From IMG/VR virus record IMGVR_UViG_3300048014_000022: 57,706 bases of DNA; one strand, given 5' to 3'. A model generated the notes under the pieces. That model was not told where the DNA came from, searched no databases, and worked only from the letters and a program-made list of their open reading frames with translations. Both the position numbers and the translations under genes were made by a program. The stretch's first letter is position 1. Each line of letters starts with the position of its first letter. Source of the stretch: a virus. Below, piece after piece: positions 53,048 through 57,706 of the stretch.

Positions 53048-53348
53048 AGGTTACGCCACCAGCAAGCTCACCAAGGCAATGGCCGGCGACCAAGCCCTGG
53101 TCACACCAGGCGTCAACTGGGATGCTCCCACGGTCCTGCCCGCCACGCCCGCGTCGGTCGGCCCCTATGAACAGCCCATGCTTGACGAAAGCATCACGGC
53201 GCTCCTGATCATGTCCGGATGCAGCGCCATGTGGGCGATCAACTTCTGGGTGGTCACGGACAAGAAGGGCAACCGGGTGCACTTGGCGAAGCACCAGACT
53301 TTCGACGAGTGGCACGCCGCGTTGAAATACCTTGCCGAAAAAGCGTAG
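53028..53348 (+). CDS. Hypothetical protein (paralogue family member 4)
   Basis: It is 106 aa with a GAAGGAG RBS. Confidence 0.6.
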   Translation: MAQKIGKGYATSKLTKAMAGDQALVTPGVNWDAPTVLPATPASVGPYEQPMLDESITALLIMSGCSAMWAINFWVVTDKKGNRVHLAKHQTFDEWHAALKYLAEKA

Positions 53349-53365
53349 TTGGGGATAATGTCTGT

Positions 53366-53566
53366 ATGAGTAGGACTAAGGTGGGCAATCGCGAGCGGAT
53401 CAACTTCTACTTCGACGAGAACATCCTAGAAGCCTTGAAGAAGCTTGCGGCCATGAAGAACACCACCTACTCGGAGTTGATCCGGGTCGCGTGCCGCGAG
53501 TACGTGATCCGTGAGGGCGAGAAGGCCGTGGCCGACGGGACATTGATCAAGGAGATCCGCAAATGA
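53366..53566 (+). CDS. Ribbon-helix-helix (CopG/Arc-type) DNA-binding protein
   Basis: It is 66 aa. 'RINFYFDENILEALKKLAAMKNTTYSELIRVACREYV' fits a beta-strand followed by two helices. Confidence 0.62.
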   Translation: MSRTKVGNRERINFYFDENILEALKKLAAMKNTTYSELIRVACREYVIREGEKAVADGTLIKEIRK

Positions 53567-53784
53567 TTACCGTGTACAAAGAATGCGATTGTCACCCGCT
53601 GCCGAAATTCTTGAACGTCAAGCGCTTCAAGTTCCCGGACTACTACCAGGAACTCACCGTGAGGCCGTTCGGCAAGTGCGAGGTACACCTGGCGCGCGAG
53701 CAGCGCGGCCTAAAAGAGTCCGGGTTCTATGTGAAAGCATTTGGTGCGCTGTACATGATCGCGCTCCGACGTGAAAAGCTATGA
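53563..53784 (+). CDS. Hypothetical protein
   Basis: It is 73 aa with an ATGA overlap and a 'CDCH...C..H' motif. Confidence 0.5.
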   Translation: MITVYKECDCHPLPKFLNVKRFKFPDYYQELTVRPFGKCEVHLAREQRGLKESGFYVKAFGALYMIALRREKL

Positions 53785-54086
53785 GATTTGATCTGGGACG
53801 GAACCACGCGAGTTTTGATTTGGACGGCGGACTCAACGGATTCCGCAAGGACGACTGCAAGCGCGTGGTGCGCGCGGCGAAAGATCCGGTGGGCATTCCG
53901 ACCGATCCTGTTATCGTGGAGATTGCGGCCAAAAACCTGTGCCATTTGGGCCTTGGTGAGCAATGCTTCACTCTGACGAATGTCTATGGTGTCGTGCGCG
54001 AAATACCGTACGGAGCGCCAGTGGAATTTTGGGAAAAAACAGCCCTGGAATTGCTGAAGGCAGCGATGGACGAAGATGGGAAGTGA
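53781..54086 (+). CDS. Hypothetical protein
   Basis: It is 101 aa with an ATGA overlap. Confidence 0.52.
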   Translation: MRFDLGRNHASFDLDGGLNGFRKDDCKRVVRAAKDPVGIPTDPVIVEIAAKNLCHLGLGEQCFTLTNVYGVVREIPYGAPVEFWEKTALELLKAAMDEDGK

Positions 54087-54334
54087 ACACGTTATTCGCG
54101 AAGTTCCTGGGGCGAAATTATCATTTAGCGCTGCTGATCTGCATCTGCGCGTTCTATCTGTGTCTGTCTGGGCACGTGAGCGGCGGTGAGTACGTGACGC
54201 TGGTCGGCGGCGTGTTCTCGGCATTCAGGGCCGGTGACGCCGTCGTGAATTGGATCCACAGGGGCAAAGACGACGACCTTGACGAAACGCATCGTAAACA
54301 CGACGATGGACCATCCAACAACGGAGAGAGATAA
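54083..54334 (+). CDS. Membrane protein with two TM segments
   Basis: It is 83 aa from GTG 54083, with a GTGA overlap. It contains 'LALLICICAFYLCLSG...VTLVGGVFSAF'. Confidence 0.45.
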   Translation: MNTLFAKFLGRNYHLALLICICAFYLCLSGHVSGGEYVTLVGGVFSAFRAGDAVVNWIHRGKDDDLDETHRKHDDGPSNNGER

Positions 54335-54657
54335 TGGGCAATCCGACGACTTTTCAATGGACCGACCCGACGACCAACGCTGACGGCAGTGCGATCACTG
54401 CCGGCGAGATCACGGGCTACACGGTGGGCGTCCGCGCCGCCGGTGGCGCGGTGGGCACCTACCCGATCACGGGCGCGGTCGCGAACGCGGCGGCGACTTC
54501 CGAGTTGATCACCGCGCTGTCGCAGATCCTGCTTCCCGGCACGTACTTCGCAGCAGTGCAGACCAACGGCCCAGTGAACTCGGCCTGGTCGGCCGAAGTT
54601 TCGTTCACGGTTCTGGCGCCGCAGCCAAACCCTCCGTCGGGTCTCAAGGTGGTATGA
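54334..54657 (+). CDS. Fibronectin type III / Ig-like small protein
   Basis: It is 107 aa. 'FQWTDPTTNADGSAITAGEITGYTV...GTYFAAVQTNGPVNSAWSAEVSF' fits an FN3 pattern. Confidence 0.5.
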   Translation: MGNPTTFQWTDPTTNADGSAITAGEITGYTVGVRAAGGAVGTYPITGAVANAAATSELITALSQILLPGTYFAAVQTNGPVNSAWSAEVSFTVLAPQPNPPSGLKVV

Positions 54658-54734
54658 GTACGGTCGACAAGGTCTGGATAGGCGTAGCAGTTGCGGTAGT
54701 CGCCGTGCTGATACGCCTGTTCTTCCACCACTGA
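54654..54734 (+). CDS. Small hydrophobic peptide (26 aa)
   Basis: It has an ATGA overlap. The sequence is 'MSTVDKVWIGVAVAVVAVLIRLFFHH'. Confidence 0.35.
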   Translation: MSTVDKVWIGVAVAVVAVLIRLFFHH

Positions 54735-54741
54735 GATCCTT

Positions 54742-55266
54742 ATGGACACGACCGAAGAAGTGATGCCGTTCACGTTCGCCCCGCCCGCGCAGCCCGTGAC
54801 GACGGACGCCCAGGACGGCATTTCATCGCACGATGCCCGGCTGATATTTGACTTGGTGTCGAACATCCGGCCGCGTCAGGCCGTGTTGGATTCGTACGGG
54901 CTCACGCTTGCGGACTTACAAGCCAAGGCCAAGAACACGCTCTGGGCCGGCGCATACCGTGAAACCGAACGGATGTGGAAGTCGGACTTGAACATCAAGC
55001 AGCGGATCCAACTCAAGGCGAGTTTCTTGCTGGAGGATTCATTGCCGACGCTGTTCAAGATCATCAGCCAGGACGGCATCGGGATCACCGCGAAGCTCGC
55101 GGCCATTGAACAACTCACCAAGATCAGCACTGTCTCAAACGTGCCCAAGGAAGCAGCGGCGACCGAGAAGCACAACATCACCATCAACATCGGCGGGGGT
55201 GCCCCGCCCATCAAAGTAACAGCGGAGATGCCAAGTGGACAACAAGCCAGCCTCACCACCGGTTGA
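54742..55266 (+). CDS. Hypothetical protein, one positional candidate for the small terminase
   Basis: It is 174 aa and lies three genes upstream of TerL. No motif was recognised. Confidence 0.3.
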   Translation: MDTTEEVMPFTFAPPAQPVTTDAQDGISSHDARLIFDLVSNIRPRQAVLDSYGLTLADLQAKAKNTLWAGAYRETERMWKSDLNIKQRIQLKASFLLEDSLPTLFKIISQDGIGITAKLAAIEQLTKISTVSNVPKEAAATEKHNITINIGGGAPPIKVTAEMPSGQQASLTTG

Positions 55267-55564
55267 GATCCAGCCCGAGTGGCCCAACGGCCCTGCCATC
55301 AAGGGCAAGGTGTATGTCATGGACACGCCTTTTGATCATCGGATAATCATGATGTCCGAAGAATCATGGGGCGAGTTCGGGACGCGCCTGGAGTCGTTGC
55401 GCCAAATTGCCAAGAAGCAACACGACCGGATCAAAGAATTGCTCGCAGAATCCGAGGCGCGCGAACGCGTGCTTGCTGATACCCTGTCTCGCCTTGACGC
55501 ATTGCGCGACATCCGCCGCGCAGAAAAGCGTGCTGACCTCGAAGCGGAAATCAATCAATCATAG
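55235..55564 (+). CDS. Hypothetical coiled-coil protein
   Basis: It is 109 aa from GTG 55235, after GGAG. An alternative start is ATG 55319. Confidence 0.45.
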   Translation: MDNKPASPPVEIQPEWPNGPAIKGKVYVMDTPFDHRIIMMSEESWGEFGTRLESLRQIAKKQHDRIKELLAESEARERVLADTLSRLDALRDIRRAEKRADLEAEINQS

Positions 55565-55572
55565 GAAGTCTC

Positions 55573-56043
55573 ATGACCACACTCGATACTCTCAACAAGA
55601 TCCTGACGAACATCCAGAACAACCGGGACGCCGTTGCCCAGCAGATCGTGGCCTCCACGAAAGCCTATGGCAGTCCGCCGGCCATCGTCGAAGAAGCGAT
55701 CAACTTGCTGATCGCGCACTACGGCAGCAACGTCCAGTTGATCGGTCACGCCATCGGCGCGAAGCTCCAGATCGAGCAGTTGGAAGGCACCGCCACGGAG
55801 ATCAATGCGTTGATCGCGGCGATGCAGGTAGTGCTGTCGCACGACGAGATCGTCGACGAGACCAACAAAATCCTGGCGGGGGAGGCAAACGAAAGCCCTC
55901 TTTCTGTCGCCGGTGGAGACAGCGAATCTGCGCCGGCAACTGACGCCGCACCTTCGGAAGCTCCCGCCGTCCCTGCGGAAACGAGTGACGCCGGAACTCC
56001 GGTCGCTGCGAGTGCGCCGGTCGACGGAACTGCTCCTTCGTAA
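55573..56043 (+). CDS. Hypothetical protein, a positional candidate for the small terminase
   Basis: It is 156 aa and lies immediately upstream of TerL. It has a helical N-terminus and an acidic, disordered C-terminus. Confidence 0.3.
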   Translation: MTTLDTLNKILTNIQNNRDAVAQQIVASTKAYGSPPAIVEEAINLLIAHYGSNVQLIGHAIGAKLQIEQLEGTATEINALIAAMQVVLSHDEIVDETNKILAGEANESPLSVAGGDSESAPATDAAPSEAPAVPAETSDAGTPVAASAPVDGTAPS

Positions 56044-56058
56044 GCACTTCAGGATGAC

Positions 56059-57468
56059 ATGAGTGATCTGAATTACACGGCACCACCGACCCTTGCAGAG
56101 TTCATGCGCTCGAATCAGCGCATCCGAATTGTGCGGGGGCCGGTGGGGTCGGGTAAGTCGAGTGCGATGGTGATGGAACTGCTCCGGCGTGCGCTGGAGC
56201 AGGCTCCCGATCCGAAAGACGGCATTCGCCGCACGCGCTTCGTGATTGTTCGCAACACGATGCCGCAGTTGAAGACGACCTCCATGAAGACTATAAATGA
56301 ACTGCTGCGCGGCGTCGCCGTGTACAGAGCGCAGGACCATACGTTCGACATCAAGTTCGGCGACGTGGAGTCTGAATGGATAATGCTCCCGCTCGATACA
56401 CCGGAAAACGTCCAGCGCTTGCTCTCGTTGGACTTAACCGCTGGCTGGCTCTCCGAGTTGCGGGAATTGCCGCCGCAGATCTTGCTCGATGTCTTGTCGC
56501 GTTGTGGACGCTACCCGTCCATGATGAACGGTGGGCCAACATGGTATGGCGTTATTGGCGAGACAAACTCGTTCAGCGAGGATTCACCGTGGAACGCAAT
56601 ATTGGAAGAAAAAGATTTGATGGGTAAACCCCTGCCCGCGACGTGGGGGTACTGGGTCCAACCCGGAGCCCGCGAAGCAATCGCCGAGAACAAGGAGAAT
56701 CTGGTCCCGGGGTACTACGAAGACCTGATCGAGTCGAACTCGCCTGAGTGGGTTGAACAATATATCGACAACCGCATCACCCCAAGTCTGTCAGGAGAAG
56801 CCGTGTTTCGGGCGAGCTTCCGGTCGGACTTCCATATTGCCAAGAACGAGTTGACCCCGATCCCCGGGACCATGTTGATCATCGGCATGGATTTCGGGCG
56901 CAACCCCGCCGCCGTGATCACCCAGATGGACCCGCGCGGGCGGCTGTGCGTGCTGGACGAGATCGTGGAAGCCGGCATGGGCGTCGAGCAGTTCGTGGTC
57001 TCAAAGCTCCGGCCGCTCCTGGCGGGCCCAAAGTATGCCCGCCTGCCCGCTGGGGTGTGCGGAGACCCGAGCGGCGTAGCCCGCTCACAGATCGGCGAGG
57101 AGAGCGTCTTCGCCGCGCTGAAACGATTGGGGCTCTCGGCGCAGCCCGCGCAGACCAACAGCATTGAGCCGCGCCTACGGGCCGTCGAGAAGTGGTTATT
57201 GCAACAACGCGACGGCGGCGCGGCGCTCCTGATCAGCCCGCATTGCCATACGCTGATCACGGCGCTGAGATCCCGGTACCGCTACGCCCGACACAAAGGC
57301 AGCGGGATCTTGCAGCCGGTTCCTGACAAGGGCCATCCGTGGTCGGATATAGCCGACGCCGTGCAGTACGCGGTGCTGGGGCATAGCGGCACGGTCATGG
57401 CAAGACTTGTGAAGGTCCGGCACGATCATACGCCCCGGCGGCCGAGATCCAGCGCCGGCTGGACTTAA
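56059..57468 (+). CDS. Terminase large subunit
   Basis: The Walker A is 'VRGPVGSGKSS'. 'TRFVIVRNTMPQLKTTSMKT' is typical of TerL ATPase domains. It is 469 aa and lies directly upstream of the portal gene. Confidence 0.85.
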   Translation: MSDLNYTAPPTLAEFMRSNQRIRIVRGPVGSGKSSAMVMELLRRALEQAPDPKDGIRRTRFVIVRNTMPQLKTTSMKTINELLRGVAVYRAQDHTFDIKFGDVESEWIMLPLDTPENVQRLLSLDLTAGWLSELRELPPQILLDVLSRCGRYPSMMNGGPTWYGVIGETNSFSEDSPWNAILEEKDLMGKPLPATWGYWVQPGAREAIAENKENLVPGYYEDLIESNSPEWVEQYIDNRITPSLSGEAVFRASFRSDFHIAKNELTPIPGTMLIIGMDFGRNPAAVITQMDPRGRLCVLDEIVEAGMGVEQFVVSKLRPLLAGPKYARLPAGVCGDPSGVARSQIGEESVFAALKRLGLSAQPAQTNSIEPRLRAVEKWLLQQRDGGAALLISPHCHTLITALRSRYRYARHKGSGILQPVPDKGHPWSDIADAVQYAVLGHSGTVMARLVKVRHDHTPRRPRSSAGWT

Positions 57469-57527
57469 TGCCTTGATGACATAATGGCCGGTAGCGTATG
57501 CTGCCATGAACTTATTGAGGAAACCCC

Positions 57528-57706
57528 ATGGGCGCGATACCTGCTGGCATGAGTACACCCGGGGTTGGGGTGGGCGGGGATCCCCCGCAGCCCTACGCCA
57601 ATGCCAATCTGGGTACCTCCGCCCGCGCCGCGTCGCCCATCCCCGGCGTGTACGATGGTGCCGGCGCCAAGAACTCCAAGAAACCTGACAAAACCCTGGA
57701 GCCAAT
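57528..57706 (+). CDS. 5' end of the portal gene, continuing at window base 128 once the genome is circularised
   Basis: ATG 57528 is preceded by GAGGAA. The reading frame is identical to that of 3..2291 through the 127-bp duplicated segment. Confidence 0.65.
   Translation, partial: MGAIPAGMSTPGVGVGGDPPQPYANANLGTSARAASPIPGVYDGAGAKNSKKPDKTLEP
57580..57706. repeat. Terminal direct repeat (second copy of bases 1-127)
   Basis: It is identical to the first 127 bases of the window. Confidence 0.95.

Overview
The window is a complete, circularly closed dsDNA tailed-phage genome. Bases 1-127 are identical to 57580-57706, so the unique length is 57,579 bp. The portal gene runs across this artificial junction.

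The genome has two convergent arms:
- The rightward arm runs from about 51.65 kb, through the junction, to 25,253. It carries small early-type genes, an RHH regulator, the large terminase, portal, scaffold and major capsid. These are followed by virion and tail proteins, two fibre genes, a holin, a GH108 endolysin and an Rz/Rz1 spanin cassette. A GNAT-like gene and three large ejection-type proteins follow, the last of them 2,364 aa.
- The leftward arm runs from about 50.75 kb to 25,255 and holds about 45 genes. Many are small hypotheticals. It also carries an AAA+ / DUF3150-like / VWA-metallopeptidase module interrupted by an HNH gene, then family A DNA polymerase and a Cas4-like nuclease. 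A large metallophosphoesterase, a MazG/DUF5664-like protein, VRR-NUC, a DEDDh exonuclease, an SNF2 helicase, an SSB-like protein and a primase-helicase complete it.

The spanins point to a Gram-negative host. I found no integrase, tRNA, CRISPR array, reverse transcriptase or phage RNA polymerase.

The features least explained by ordinary annotation are:
- the repeat-dense control region at 49.8-51.65 kb, which holds 17-bp iterons, AAAGGGTAC 9-mers around an AT-rich core, and two identical 51-bp hairpins whose outer stems covary;
- two low-complexity early ORFs, one a (Gly-X)n ORF built on a (GGC NAC) hexamer and the other an Ala/Trp-rich repeat protein;
- the giant HExxH-containing virion protein;
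- a tandem family of four small paralogues;
- two places where coding signal changes frame.

All functional calls rest on motifs read by eye and on gene order. No database search was run.
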